This document shows positions 31,601 to 43,866 of a stretch of DNA of 64,000 nucleotides, piece after piece. The notes under the pieces are model-generated. The model saw only the letters and a program-made list of their open reading frames with translations. It did not search any database and was not told the DNA's origin. The first letter of the stretch is position 1. Every line of letters begins with the position of its first letter. The stretch comes from Hyphochytrium catenoides (lineage: Eukaryota; Protista; Hyphochytriomycota): positions 83,335 through 147,334 of the forward strand of contig FLMG01001299.1 in assembly GCA_900088475.1 (NCBI GenBank), written 5' to 3'. The position numbers and the translations under genes were made by a program.

Positions 31601-31836
31601 AAGATGTCATTAACCGAAACCTGCAAGATCCTATAGAAGCTGCGCCCCTGGCAGTGCCGGCAGTCGATAACATTGCCTTCCTCTTGCAACTGCTTTTCCA
31701 ATAGCTTCAGCGGCACGAAGACAATATCTGCTTCTACCTTGTCCACGTTGTCATAAAAGCCAAAGCTGCGACAGCTATGCCACTCAGCCCGACGCGCTAG
31801 GCACGAGCATGAAGCAGCAGGGATCGAATCCTTCAT
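22676..31836 (-). CDS. Giant (~2,956 aa) membrane-integral GT4 glycosyltransferase, Gtb3/PelF-like; two exons (31836-28039, 27748-22676)
   Basis: The 1270-aa and 1778-aa ORFs join in phase 0 across intron 28038-27749 (CTG|GTAGGT...GCTAAT..pyrimidine tract..CAG|GTA), giving WDEYL|VRSQISLLEK. About 12 hydrophobic helices lie in the middle. GT-B motifs: HCSHHG...VVWDHGILWRER, MLSHVYRLKDI, FVNSSISEGLPMAIIEAGLAGLPIAATDAGG (EX7E). Confidence 0.9.
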
Positions 31837-34617
31837 GCTGAATGATGCGGTCAGATGGAGGTAACTATTATTGCCTCCGTTCCACAGCTCTCAGCATGTC
31901 CATCGGCCTTACACTGGAGATTGCGCAGAGCTTAATGTTGTACCTAGAAAGCTTCAGCCAGGACTTGCTGACGCAAAACCTACCCCGATAGACGATTTGT
32001 CGACTGAGGGAAGCTTCAGCCAATAAGCACAAGGCCTCCGCACCTCTTAGTGCGGTATCTCCAATCGAGGCAGACTAACCGTTGTGACAGCTGTGCACAG
32101 GAGCGGGGACGAGCTTAATGCAGAGCGACTGCGGGCGGTGCATGTCTATCCCGCGTCACCAAGTCAAGCCACACAAGATCGACAGAGATGGAGACGAAGA
32201 CGGGAAGGGAGGTTAGGAAGATAAAGCAGGATCATAGGCGTAGGCGTGCCTGAGACTGCAGCTGGTCGCGAACAATCAAGGATCCTCTGCTTCTCTTCTT
32301 CTGAGAGGTGGATGAGGACAGGAAAGCGGAGAAAGAAAGGTGCACACTTTGGCCGTCTTCTGCTCCTTGTGTCCAAGCTGCTCAATGCTGAGTTTTACTG
32401 CCGATGATAGACAGACAGAGTGAGGGCACGGCACCTATATACCCCTATATACCTCCATCGCTAGATAGGCCTGCCTTTGCGACCTGTGGTGTGGTCGGAC
32501 CAGTGTCCCCTCACGTTCTGCTGACATTTTGCTTCTCAATTCGACTCCATAAAGGAAGGGCTGGTCCATCTCTCTTATCTCTCTGTCTCGCAGACGGCTC
32601 AATTATATAGAGATAACACAATATATTACTTCCTCTCTGTCTTGCCTAATCTGTTGATGCCTGTCAAAGAAATCCAGGTCTCCGTTTCTCAAACCTTCTC
32701 TCTGTCTCTTCGTGCTTTGGGGTCTTAGTCCTTTATCCCCTTGGATCTGTCTAGTACTCCGTGAAAATACTCGCTCTAATACCAATGAAGGAGTTACACA
32801 AAAGTAATATCTCTTGCTTACTCTTTCTCCATAGGTCTGGGTTCTGTCGTCTGTCTCGCCATCATCAAGAGTCACTCTAATAGGAAAGGACATACTGTCT
32901 GGACCTAGACTCTACCTATTACTACTTCACCCCCAACCTTGAACATCAGCAGGTTTTTCACCCACAAGCCTTGCATACTACTAGAGGCCATCTTGTCCAA
33001 CTCAAATAAAAACAATATCTCCTACCACGAAAGAATTGAAACCTATGAAACAATGCTCCAGTCGATTACAAGCTTGATTCGATGAAAGAATTCAATACTT
33101 TCAGGGAATGATTAATGATCTAGAACGGGAATCGGGCTGGCTTTTTCCAAAAGAGACAGTTCAGCTTCATTCTGCGCTGTCATTGGTCAAGGCGTCTCAT
33201 CTTATTCAAAGGCTGGAGAAACAGTTTTGCGTTGGTTTATGATTGTAGGTCGTAACGGTAGTGCATCGCTACAGTAGTAACATACTGGCATGGCACCACC
33301 TCCATCATCAGCTCTACTATTATCGCATTATCGCAGCTATCCTCACCGCGCCAACAAGCTCGTCGACTCATCGATCATCGCCGTCCCACTCCCTAAGGAC
33401 GACTCTTTGTGACGATGAGGGTTAACTCTAGGCTATCTTAAAGAACCTTCTGGCACTTGATTGCTGCTCGTCGGTAGCGGGCCGTGTAGTATACATAGAA
33501 CTATATATCGATGACGTAGTAGCACAGGTAGAAATGGCACTACTCTCTGTAGCAATAACTGGCCTGTGCTTGTCTATCTTGTATCACGTTCCTCCATAGG
33601 TACAGGAGGTGGTCTGCACACGTCAACTGGGTGGGGCCGCTTTCCTGGCCGTTGATGATCAATGACGATGATTGATGTAGAATGTCCTTTGCCCGACCAT
33701 TTGTCAAGTACTGCATCTACTGGAAATAGAGTAGGTCAATCCCTAGGTGCACTTGATGCAGCTGATCTACAAACTCTACGTGCTCTCGAACTTCCAGATA
33801 CGTGTAGAGCTTGAGCTAGAAGGATTGTCAACCTGTTGCCCTTTCAAGCGCTGTACAAGCGCTGTACAATACTGCACCCTTTTTTAAATTACAAGCACAA
33901 AGAAGCACTAGTTAGTAGGGTGGTGGAGTTAATATAGTGACACATTTGCTATGCGCGAAACACAATTACTACTTGAGTCCTGCACCGCTTTCGTTTCTTC
34001 GTAATAATATAAAGACGAGGTAAGAAGATGACTTAGCCGAGCTTCATGATGATGGACAGTTCCGACGACAAGGGCTACGACCAGCGAGAATAAAAAAAAG
34101 GTTGATGCTACTGACCTCTTCGTGAATCTCAAAAGTGCCCAAACTGCCCTCACACAGTCCAACTCGTCGGAGACATTGCAGTGCGAAGAGAGGCAGGTTC
34201 TCGACCCATTGCTATGACGCATAATCATGAGTACATCATACCGCTGATGAGCTGTAAGTAGTACTGGAAGCAACAAGCAAGGACGACGAACGACGAGCAC
34301 GAATCATAATTAGTGGCCTCCTCCACTACTACTCATCTTCCTTCCTCCCTAGGGAGTACCATGGACCGTCAGTCATGACATTCGGGACTACCTCCTCCAC
34401 TGGAGTCTTTCTTATTGGCGGTAGCATTATTTCCGGCAGAGCCTCTTCAAACTTATAAAGCGTCTATTAATACAGACGCGTGCTGACATTATCATCAACG
34501 CCCCAACCAATTGCACATATGCACTTCATCAGCCGCCACGATGGGACGGATACCCCCCACCCTAGCACCACCAGTAAAATCTATATCTAATAGTGTGTTG
34601 ACGCGACCTATCGAGAT

Positions 34618-34963
34618 TCAATACCCCCCCGATGATGCTCCGTCTTCAGATGCTCGCGTCCTCAACAGTTTAATTCTCCTATCTCTTAGGATAAGCGAGG
34701 AGACTGCTTGATGGTTGATTCAGAGATCACAGCGGCAACCGTTATCATCCGTCATTCTCGCTCAACCTAGCTAGTAGTAGAAGAGAAGTATTGTCAATCA
34801 TCTCCATGAAACGTCAAGAGTAATGTAAGAGTGGAGTGTTGCTTGCGCTCACAAGCCCCCGTCTGATTGGCCTGCTTTTTCGTCGTCAACACCTATGCAT
34901 TGATCTTTAAGTAGCTGGAGATACTGGACGAGAACGCGACAGCCTCGTGAGCTCGTATTAGAA
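34618..34963 (-). mobile_element. Possible degenerate Ty1/Copia 3' remnant (RNase H end + polypurine tract)
   Basis: Frameshifted minus-strand translation resembles IRELT...VLVQYL..KDQ.A*VLT.K (cf. Copia HFIRE.V..G.I...Y..T.DQ.AD.LTK). About 250 nt downstream lies GGGGGGG-TATTGA (34630-34618), a PPT/LTR-start-like junction. Needs frameshifts, so weak. Confidence 0.35.
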
Positions 34964-35010
34964 TGCTTGTGGGGACACCTGCTTGTGGGGACACCTGCTT
35001 GTGGGGACAC
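34964..35010 (+). repeat. 16-bp tandem repeat (TGCTTGTGGGGACACC) x ~3
   Basis: Directly visible: two full copies and one copy short by one base. Confidence 0.95.
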
Positions 35011-35539
35011 AACTTTTGGGTACCAAGGGTATCGCCGTTGCGTCTCTTCCCGATCGTAGCAGAAACAATCGTCAGGCTCCCTGTTCTCGAACATACTTTC
35101 ATTTCCTGTCCCGATCACCAGTTGTCAGTACGCGGAAGTATTACGCCACTGGCCGGATGGATTATGCCAATGTAGTGATCACAACATGCAACAAGCAACA
35201 GTCGACAAAACACGAGAAGGTCAGAATTTGTATGTCTTCTTGCATTTAGTTCTTACCTTGCGGCCTCTTGGCCTGCTGTCCTTCTCGGTAGCAGCACCAC
35301 AGTCACCAAAAAAGGAAGGTGAAAGAGGTCCACGTAGGTCAATGTATCCTATTTACTACTAATCGACTTTAGTCGATCGAGATGGAGGAGGAGGGCAATG
35401 TGATGAATGTGGGCCCTTATTAATCATTCTCTACTAACTGCAGCGCGCACTCAAAGGTCCAAGCAAACGATGGATTGGGGGCCAAGCTGTGTCTGCTTTA
35501 ATCATGCTCTTGCTAAAGCGGGCTCTCTTTCAGTCTAGA

Positions 35540-36460
35540 TTCGTGAAGACTACAAATGCATGCCACCACTTCTACAAACGATGGGCATTACCTAATCGGA
35601 GGGCACTAAGTCATCAACAACGAACTGCCACCAGAAATCTGGGCGGTGGGTTTGGGACGGAGCACAGTGCCTTACCATGAGGGAAGCATTTTTCATCCAC
35701 AGTCTACCCCTCCGTGCTTCTTGGATTGGTCCGGATCCTTTTTCTTCCTGCGGTCTAGCTAGCTACGATTTTGACAATGCTCTTCTTCTTAATCTGTGAT
35801 GGGCTAATATTATCAAGTAAGATATCTTGAACGAAGTACAAGCGATCCGCTACCACCCACAAACAACAGCCATGTCCTTAATGCCCTCCACTATAGGAAC
35901 CCGATAGACAGCTAAAATGTGTAGGTGGAACTCCCGCTGGAATAGTCTTCTGGACGCGAAAAGAACAAGAAGTGATCATTTGAAAATTTAGCTCCCTGCT
36001 TATCGTATTACAGCAGGCAGGGATTGGAAAAACGTGCAATGCACAAGAACAGATACTAGTGAAATATCTCTCTCTGGGTGCTTGTCGCCGCTTCCAGTAT
36101 AACCTGCGAACTGAAAGAGGACAATCGACCTGCACCACTTCCGCCGCCGTTGCTAGCTTTGCGTCGATCCCATGCCCTACAATCTTCACTGCAAAGCACT
36201 CGTCGTTTTAGAGTGCCCAACAACACTGGGTCAACGCTTGCATCATCACACTCAACATCGCTTTACAAGTCTCTTTGTGGTGGCAGTGTGTCTCCGTTGG
36301 AGAAGAGCCAACTTCCCTCCAGGCAATAAAGCTCAAGGCTGTCGATCAGGGACCCCACAAGCAACGCAATAAGGAAAGCTGGAAGGATCAAGATATCATT
36401 ATTATCCAGTCAAGAGTACTTCAAGGTTTGCAGAAACAAAAATATTCCCAGGGTCGGAAG
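35540..36460 (+). mobile_element. Possible degenerate pogo/Tc1-mariner (DDE_1) transposase relic
   Basis: Broken-frame fragments HHFYKRWALPNRR (HTH end-like), TERGQSTCTTSAAVASFASIPCPTIFTAK (cf. ERG..VTV..A..A.G...PP..IF..K) and KESWKD...I. Many stops; no TIRs identified. Confidence 0.25.
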
Positions 36461-39244
36461 TGTCACAGAAGATCGGCCGGATAGTTTATTACGACCAGCG
36501 TGGGCCCTGCAGCAACAAGATTCTATTTTTCCGTCCCTGATGACATGCAGGGCCAGAAACAATCAACTAGCTGCCGTAGTAATGGACAAGAAGAGAGGAT
36601 GCTCAACTTTGCTTAGTACGATGTAAACCCTGTCACGCACAAGATCTTAGAAGATAACTTCAAGAATCACTGAATGCGTCACAAGAACAGAGTTAAGGTA
36701 AAGCCAAACGATCCATCATGTGTGTGGCCAGAAGATTATGATCGGACTATTGACGGACTTTCTACAGGCAAAACTTTTGAGCTTCAAGGTTAACCTTATC
36801 AGACTAGCAACCGTCATAACATTGATCATGTCCGACCTTTATTAGGGGGGACAAAGATAGTGGGGCGATGGAGCACGAATGCACAAGTATGCTTCTTCAA
36901 GAATTGCCCTACTAATATTGACTGGTGGAAGAACCTTGTATGCCAAACTACAGACTGACTTACTTCCTGCCCCTGTATCTGGGCGCCATTGCTCTTCTTG
37001 AAGTTCAGGTGTGGCAACACAAAGGAAAAGAGAAGGGCCAAAGGCGAGACTCCATCTTCATTGGCGTCCGCTGAATGCTATGGCCTTGTATCTAGAACTG
37101 CACATTCTGTTGGCAGCAAAAAATCTATCATCGTACTTCTAGTATAGCAGAATAATGGAGGCATCTCTTGCTGTCTCAGGCTCTCCCTCTCTAGAACTAG
37201 GGGTTACTGTGGAATACCACTTCCAGTCTGGCGCAAGCAAAGAAGAGAGAAACAAGAATCAGAAAATTTCGCTGTGCCAGGATGTTGCCCTGTCATCCCT
37301 AGCACATAAGGGCTTTGTATTGCAGGGGGCAGTTTTTATCTTCAATATACAGTACCGCCCGCAGTTGCAATGTGACCAAAGATGGTTGCTACACTGACTC
37401 ACAGAAAATTGGAGATAATTCAGTTGTATGATAAAGCGCGTGTCATCATGTCTGCAGTCATCATAATAAGCTCCAGAAGTCCTGCATTTCAGTCACTTCA
37501 AAGGTAGAACTAGATCGCCCTTGTAGCGCTATAGTGGGAATCGTTTTATGACCAAGTATTATGAGATTCCGTCCTAATATATCGCAATCTACAGGTATAC
37601 CCAACCACAACAGTCATTATGACAGAGTGGTGTGAGGTTAGCCCTTATGCTTCTAGTGGTATGGGGCTAGGCGAGCCCAAATGGTAAGTATAATTTCCTA
37701 TTATATTCGCAAAATCCATCTAGCTTTGACCTAAAAGACAAAAGACCTCCATCTACAAGGCTACAAGAGACACTACAAATGTACCTACAAAATTATGCTT
37801 CGTTCGGGAGAAGGTCCTACCGTAGGTCCTACCGCTTTGGGCATTGATGACTGTAGAACTCTACAAGCTTCTTACCCCATCGGATGGAGCCAACTCCCAA
37901 GCTTCTTTCGATAGCACAGCGGTATTGTAAGTTTGGGCTTTGAATTCTCTACAGCAGTCCAAAGATTGCGCCACCTAACACGGACACAATGTGTTTGCCC
38001 TGCAAGTTATTCTGACTTGCTACCAAAAGAAACATTTCTCTCCGCGCTTATAGGGCCATTTGTTGTAAATCTTTCATACAGTTCTACCTTTGGGCAAATG
38101 GAAATATTTGAGGAAGGTTTAGGTCTTCCATTGCAACTTCGACATAGCAGCCCAAAATGTCCTAAAATGTGACCTAAACTACCAATGCGCTGAGAGGTAT
38201 CTACCAATCAGAAACAAGGACCTTTCCGACTGCGAGAGGGCTAAAAAAAGAGGTTTTGGCCAAAGACGCTATGTTGTTTAGGGGCAAGTGAGAGTGATTT
38301 AGGGAATAAGACCTTGAAAGCGGGAATAAACATAGTGGTAGAACCGTGACAAAATAGAAACCATGATTCCAAGAAAGGTTCTATTGAACAGGTCTAAACA
38401 TAGGGCCGAGAAGGATTACTTACTATAGCAAAGGAAACGGAGGCCCCTCAATCATGCTTCGTGTACTTTCTAAAACTCTAGCGGGGGATAAGACGGAATG
38501 GGAGCAGCGATGCAGCGAAGCAGTACAATAAGATAGTAGATAACACTACGGAAAGGGGAAAAAGCCAGAGTGCTTGGATTGTGGAAGAGCCTAGAGGCAT
38601 GATGATGGTTGATGACCAACACGCGTCAATGTGAACCAGCCGTGGACCTGGCGGGAACAATCTCTGTCTCTTGAAGCCTCGTCATATATGTCTCTTCTTA
38701 TAAGTCATAGTTCCTCAGGATAACCAATCACTCTGTCTGAATGTTTCCTGGCTCTTTCTTCGTCGGAGCCCCTTTCTCTACTTGTCTTAGGTGAGCTTTG
38801 TGCTGTGTGCAGTCTTTCGAGGTGTGATGACTGAGGGACTAGACGTGCCTACGAGGCAAGCCGCAGCTTCACATCCTGCCTGCCTCTTGGATGATGGTGA
38901 TGATCACTAAGAAGGAAAGAAAGGATGATGAGTAGCGTTGAACCTGGGCAAGATAAACTAGAGAAGGGAATGTGGCAGCTGGAGGACCAGGGAAGAAACG
39001 GCAAGGTGAGGTGAGGCAGCTTTGGAACCCTGTTTATCTCCCGAGACCGGTTCTGACGAGACTCTCGTCTGCCTCCTCATCACCTCAACCAGTATGCTGG
39101 AGGTCCATGTTCCAACCACATGATGATAGGGAAAGGTCTAAACAAGAGGGAGGACAAGTGGAGCCATCCCTATCAACCCTTGCTTGCTGGCATTGATTGA
39201 GAGCTTCCGCCAAAAGCTGGACCGGCAAAGTGAAAAGATAGGGA

Positions 39245-39265
39245 AGAGAGAGAGAGAGAGAGAGA
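39245..39265 (+). repeat. (GA)n microsatellite abutting assembly gap 39266-39322
   Basis: Visible dinucleotide run followed by Ns. Confidence 0.95.
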
Positions 39266-39663
39266 NNNNNNNNNNNNNNNNNNNNNNNNNNNNNNNNNNN
39301 NNNNNNNNNNNNNNNNNNNNNNTTACTTATATACTCCGGAGTAACAATTAGTCCTTCGTCTATCAAAGTTGATGCCCTTGACTCCACATTAATATTGTTC
39401 CAGCAAAGTAAACGACATGGTTCGACATGAGATCCTGCGTAGCTAAGGATGATTGATCAGGACTTCTGAGACGTTCCTCACAACCAATACAGAAAGATTC
39501 TAAGGCAGGAGTCTCGCTTTTTGTCCGCCACAACGACAATAACCAGCACGGGCGCAACCCTCCGCCCGCGTTATCCACCGCTCTCCACTCCCAACCGCCA
39601 TCCTGTTAAATTATCCTTATCCTTCAATTCCTACAGAAGCTTGGCAGGAAGAGATCTAACAGC

Positions 39664-40572
39664 ATGTTATTATCTATGGCTTATCGAAGAACGCTTCCAA
39701 ATGGTTCTTCTATGGGGTACCACAGAGAGGCGACGCCAACACCCACCGGCTTGCCACAGATCTCAGGCGATGAGCTTTCCACCCTATTCGACATTCTTGT
39801 GGAGGATCACCAGCAAACCCATCTCCCAATATACCCTGCATCTTCACTTGTCCCACAAGCGGCGGTCACTGCCACCTTTCCCGGCAAAGCACCTAGTTAC
39901 CATGAGCTTTATACCATGCAGGTGCAGGCGCCATCGCCAGTCACTGCCAAAGAAATGGCTCTGATGACTCCAAACATGCACTATGTTATCCAGCCACACT
40001 CTATGGCTGCTCCCATCCCTCCTCCGCGGAGAAAAACTAGGCGGAACAGTAAGCCATGCTCTTTCGAGAACTGCAAGCGAATGGCAAGATCGAAGGGTCT
40101 GTGCAAAGCACACGCTGAGAACACTAAATGCAGCTTTGGAGACTGCACAAGACAAAGTCAAGGCAGGAACCTCTGTGTGAAGCATGGAGGCGGAAGGAGG
40201 TGCGAGGTGGAGGGGTGCAGCCGAGCCGCACAGAGCAAGAGAAGATGCAAAGCACATGGCGGCGGGCCAAGGTGCACGTTCCCTGGTTGCACAAAGAGCA
40301 GCCAAGGAAGTGGCAAGTGCCGCACTCATGGTGGTGGCCCCAGATGCAGGGTTCCTGGATGCAACAAAGGGGTACAGCGGCTAGGCCGTTGCGCCTCCCA
40401 CAGCGCTTTGGCAAGCGAACAAGGGCAACACCAACCTAATAAGGAGTCTGTAGAAGGACAAGGCGTTGTGTTTGAACAGGAGCAAGAGCCAGAGTTCGAG
40501 GAGGAGGATCAGAGCCCACCAGCGTCAGACACCTCCGAACTCGCATGGGAAGGATCGGACTTTGACTTATAG
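39664..40572 (+). CDS. Intronless protein with ~5 CxxxxC-x9-CxxHGGG (WRKY19-like) zinc-finger repeats; putative nucleic-acid-binding regulator
   Basis: CSFENCKRMARSKGLCKAH, CSFGDCTRQSQGRNLCVKHGGG, CEVEGCSRAAQSKRRCKAHGGG, CTFPGCTKSSQGSGKCRTHGGG, CRVPGCNKGVQRLGRCASH; basic NLS-like PPRRKTRR; acidic C-terminus. No WRKYGQK motif. Confidence 0.88.
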   Translation: MLLSMAYRRTLPNGSSMGYHREATPTPTGLPQISGDELSTLFDILVEDHQQTHLPIYPASSLVPQAAVTATFPGKAPSYHELYTMQVQAPSPVTAKEMALMTPNMHYVIQPHSMAAPIPPPRRKTRRNSKPCSFENCKRMARSKGLCKAHAENTKCSFGDCTRQSQGRNLCVKHGGGRRCEVEGCSRAAQSKRRCKAHGGGPRCTFPGCTKSSQGSGKCRTHGGGPRCRVPGCNKGVQRLGRCASHSALASEQGQHQPNKESVEGQGVVFEQEQEPEFEEEDQSPPASDTSELAWEGSDFDL

Positions 40573-41216
40573 TTCCGTCATCCTCAGCAGTCTTTACAAT
40601 TATTTATTGCTGCTAGTCAGTCATGTCTTCTGTCTGTACAGCTTGTACCTTCAGCGTTATATTTACCTTCTTGTTGATGTCAAAGATTGTGGAAAAGGTC
40701 TGACCGTAGACATTAGTTGTCTCATTGTCCCTGCTAGAGCTAGTCTTATTCTCCTCATATTCCACGTCTAAGTTTATAATAGAGATCAGTTGTCTCTGTT
40801 TAGGTTAAGGGCAAGTCAGTTCTTGTGTATCCATGCTGTTCTCCATAAGTGTCAATAGTGTGAAGGATTGCCCATAAGACTTCTCACCTCGGAAAAGTCT
40901 TCCGGCCCAAAGAAGCGATTCAAAGCACAGAATGGAATGGTAGAAGTGAGATCCTTTACCCCTGCAACTGCCCTGGACCAAAAGCTGTACCCCGCAAAGG
41001 GGAGAAAGTTGCAGTTCCTGTGTCTTTATCACCTTCCAGCTTGAGAAAACGCAGTGACTTTCTTTCTATCTAATAGTGAGGGACTGCGGGCCGTAGCACA
41101 AACAAGCCATATAGAGAACTAGACGAGCAAAAAAAGGATGATCAAAATTTGATCCTGGGATATGGGCCAATCCCTTGCTGCTTTCATATCCACTATTCCT
41201 AACAACTGCCATCCGT

Positions 41217-43238
41217 CTAACCCAGCGACTTGTCTAGAGGTAAGGCGCTTTCATCCTCGAGAAGCTCAGCTGTGATTTGGGACGAGTCTATTCTACTCTC
41301 CTCCATAAAGTGTGCGTAGGAGTGAATGGACAGGTCCCATTGGTGCCCGCCTTCGGTGTTGGTTAATCGATGCTGCTGAAACCGCTCGATTATGGACTGT
41401 GCCTTCTTCTTGCTTCCAAGATGCACCAGTAAGCTGCTGCTATCTACCCAGCTATGAGTATGGACCTGTCCTCCATCTAGACCCAGAGAGCTGAGGTATG
41501 CCATTATGTCCGGCAGGGCCGTCTCCGCTTCGAAGCTCCCTCTGAGATAAATCACTTCTTCCAAATCTCTATCCTCGTTCGGTCCCGGTAGGCCAAGATG
41601 CCCATTTGCCATCTGCATTAGGTATACTTTGTTCAGTGAGGAGAATAAGGTCGTTGAAGAGCTAATGCCAGATGGAGAAGTAGGAGCATCTAAAGATGTA
41701 GGGTCAGAAGGAGGTAGATTTGGCTCCATTGACTTTGATTGTTCTTCCGATGTTGCCTGTTGCAGGGAGAGTATCTCACTAGCCCTGACGCCTTGCTGTC
41801 CAAGGGCCTTGACAAAGACCACGCCTGTCATGTAAGCGTCGTAACCTGCCTCGTGCGGCTTGCTTACTTTCTCATACAGCTCAAAATCTGGACTTAAAAC
41901 AACCGGTGGTTCTGCTTCAGATTTTAGCTGTTTGAACCAGGTGCCTAACGCGAAGCTTCGACGTTTTTCCTTACTGGAAGATGCAGAGTCAGCCAGTTGC
42001 CGTATAATGTACTTTGTATCAAAGACATATGGCAACTTCGCATGAAGGCGTTTTGTGAACTCTCCACAACTGTCCGGAGCAGGACCCCAAAAGCGGTGAA
42101 AAGTATGAAGGAGGTCCAAGGCCCCATTGTGAGCAATCACCGGTTTCCTGAACTCTGTGATAACGTCTAGCACCTTTCGGAAACCCACCTCTTCAGAGAT
42201 TCTACGATGCAGCATTTCTCTCTGATACCGTTTCAACTGCTGTCGGACGTCTTCTCTCTCCTCCTCGGAACCTAGGTAAACGAGTCTCATGCGTAGAGGC
42301 CCATCCTTTGGCAAATCCTCATTATCCTTATCCAGCCTAACGGCCTGGACGAAGTCCACCATACCCGGCAAAAGAGTATAGAGAAGATGTCTCTCTTTCG
42401 GAGTGCAGGGCTCTAAAACGCTGAAGGGTCGCCCCAAGTCATCCTTTTGTAGCGACTGGTCACCATCCGCGATTTTCTGCTGAAGATTCCGGGCCATCTC
42501 ACATACTTTGGCCAAGAACGCGTGATCCTTTCGACCATACCCTTCTCGTTCCTTTGACGGAGTCGAAAGGTACATTTCCATCGCCTTGCGGCTAGTTTCC
42601 TCCTCCTGTTCACTAAGAAAGGGAATTCCTTCTTCTATCCACGCGTTAAAGTTGAAACCCGCTTGACTCAAATAAGCAAGCGTCGAGCTCTGGCAGGCAA
42701 AGTCCCTATCCTTGAATAGCGGTGGTCTCTCAGGAGTCGCAGGGGTAAGGTAGAAGTTGTAGGGCTGCGCTGTGAAGCAGGCGCCTGCTGGGTCCCACCC
42801 AAAGCAGCAAACACCATACTGGGTTGGCATGTACCTTTCGACGCTTTCCTTAAGTTTCCCATATCGCCCCTATAATGAAGAACTTAGACCGTGCAATAAG
42901 CAGCGTACCAGATACAACGGTACGAGCCCGGAACTTCATCAGGTGAGATAGAGTGGAGCTGGGATAAGAGGGGATGAATAGAAGAGTTCGTCCTACCTCG
43001 TATGAGTCCAGAAAGGCGATATTTCTCCTGCAGTCGGGCCAATCAGGCAAAAAAGGCAGAAATAAGAATTGATGAGGCGTGGCAGCTCCTCACTGAGGAC
43101 TAATTGTAAAGTGGCCACTTACTCTGGTGAGTGAAAGAGGCCAGTAAACTCCAAATCAATAGCTACAAAGGCGCTCTCCTCAATGTGCTTGGTGATATGC
43201 TTGAGTAGCTTTGGGAAGGTTGTCCGTGTCACATTCAT
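41217..43238 (-). CDS. PARN: Poly(A)-specific ribonuclease PARN (CAF1/DEDD family), 3 exons
   Basis: MNVTRTTF...FVAIDLEFTG (exon 1), DSYE|GRYGKLK, GFNFNAWIEEGIPFL, R3H-like ERHLLY, VGFRKVLD, HNGALDLLH, FDTKY, HEAGYDAYMTG, and RRM-like SWVDSSS with the cap-binding-position Trp. Confidence 0.93.
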
Positions 43239-43841
43239 TGTGACGGCCTCAGACTCTCCTGGATGGCTGGTGTTATAAGGGCCACAGCCTTAGGTTCTGC
43301 TTGGCTAGATTTCGTGACTTACGTCAATATGAGTGTCCGTACACCTCTACGAGCGCACGAGCTCTCATATTCCCAGGTCCAATCGCTTGACCATGGCCGT
43401 GATATGCAGAGACTAGCTCACTAAGGGATGCGATGTGAAATGATGGATGCAATGATGGATGAGTGATTGATGTTGACTTTTAGAGACGCGATGACTGGTC
43501 TTCAGTTCTGCTGCCTGCCAGTGACACTCACCGCAAAACACTGAAAGTGATTTGCGACATTCCTAGGAGGACTAAGGGTCCAACTCCTCTGTAGAATTCT
43601 ATCATAAAAGAAACCCAGACTAGCCTTCTGTGATCTATAACCTAAAGCCCCTGAAAGGCGCTAATCTTAGGAGGGCAGGAGAATAATTTGATTATCAGTA
43701 GGGCTTCTGTTATTAGTCACCAGCCAGAATGATCTATTGGGCGCTTTGCATTCTGATTTTCCTGGGCAACCAACTTTGGCCACTCTGTCTTGGGACGAGG
43801 GAGGACAGGACTGACAAACCCACAGCTTCTTGTTGTCTATT

Positions 43842-43866
43842 TCTCTCTCTCTCTCTCTCTCTCTCT
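43842..43866 (+). repeat. (TC)n microsatellite
   Basis: Visible dinucleotide run. Confidence 0.95.

Noticed and set aside
34964-35010. CRISPR-like array
   Set aside because: The repeats are contiguous with no spacers, there are no cas genes, and the context is eukaryotic.
36500-38700. AT-richer stretch as viral or transposon coding relic
   Set aside because: The frames I translated are interrupted and no motif was recognisable by eye.
39664-40572. True WRKY transcription factor
   Set aside because: No WRKYGQK signature; only the HGGG zinc-finger repeats are present.
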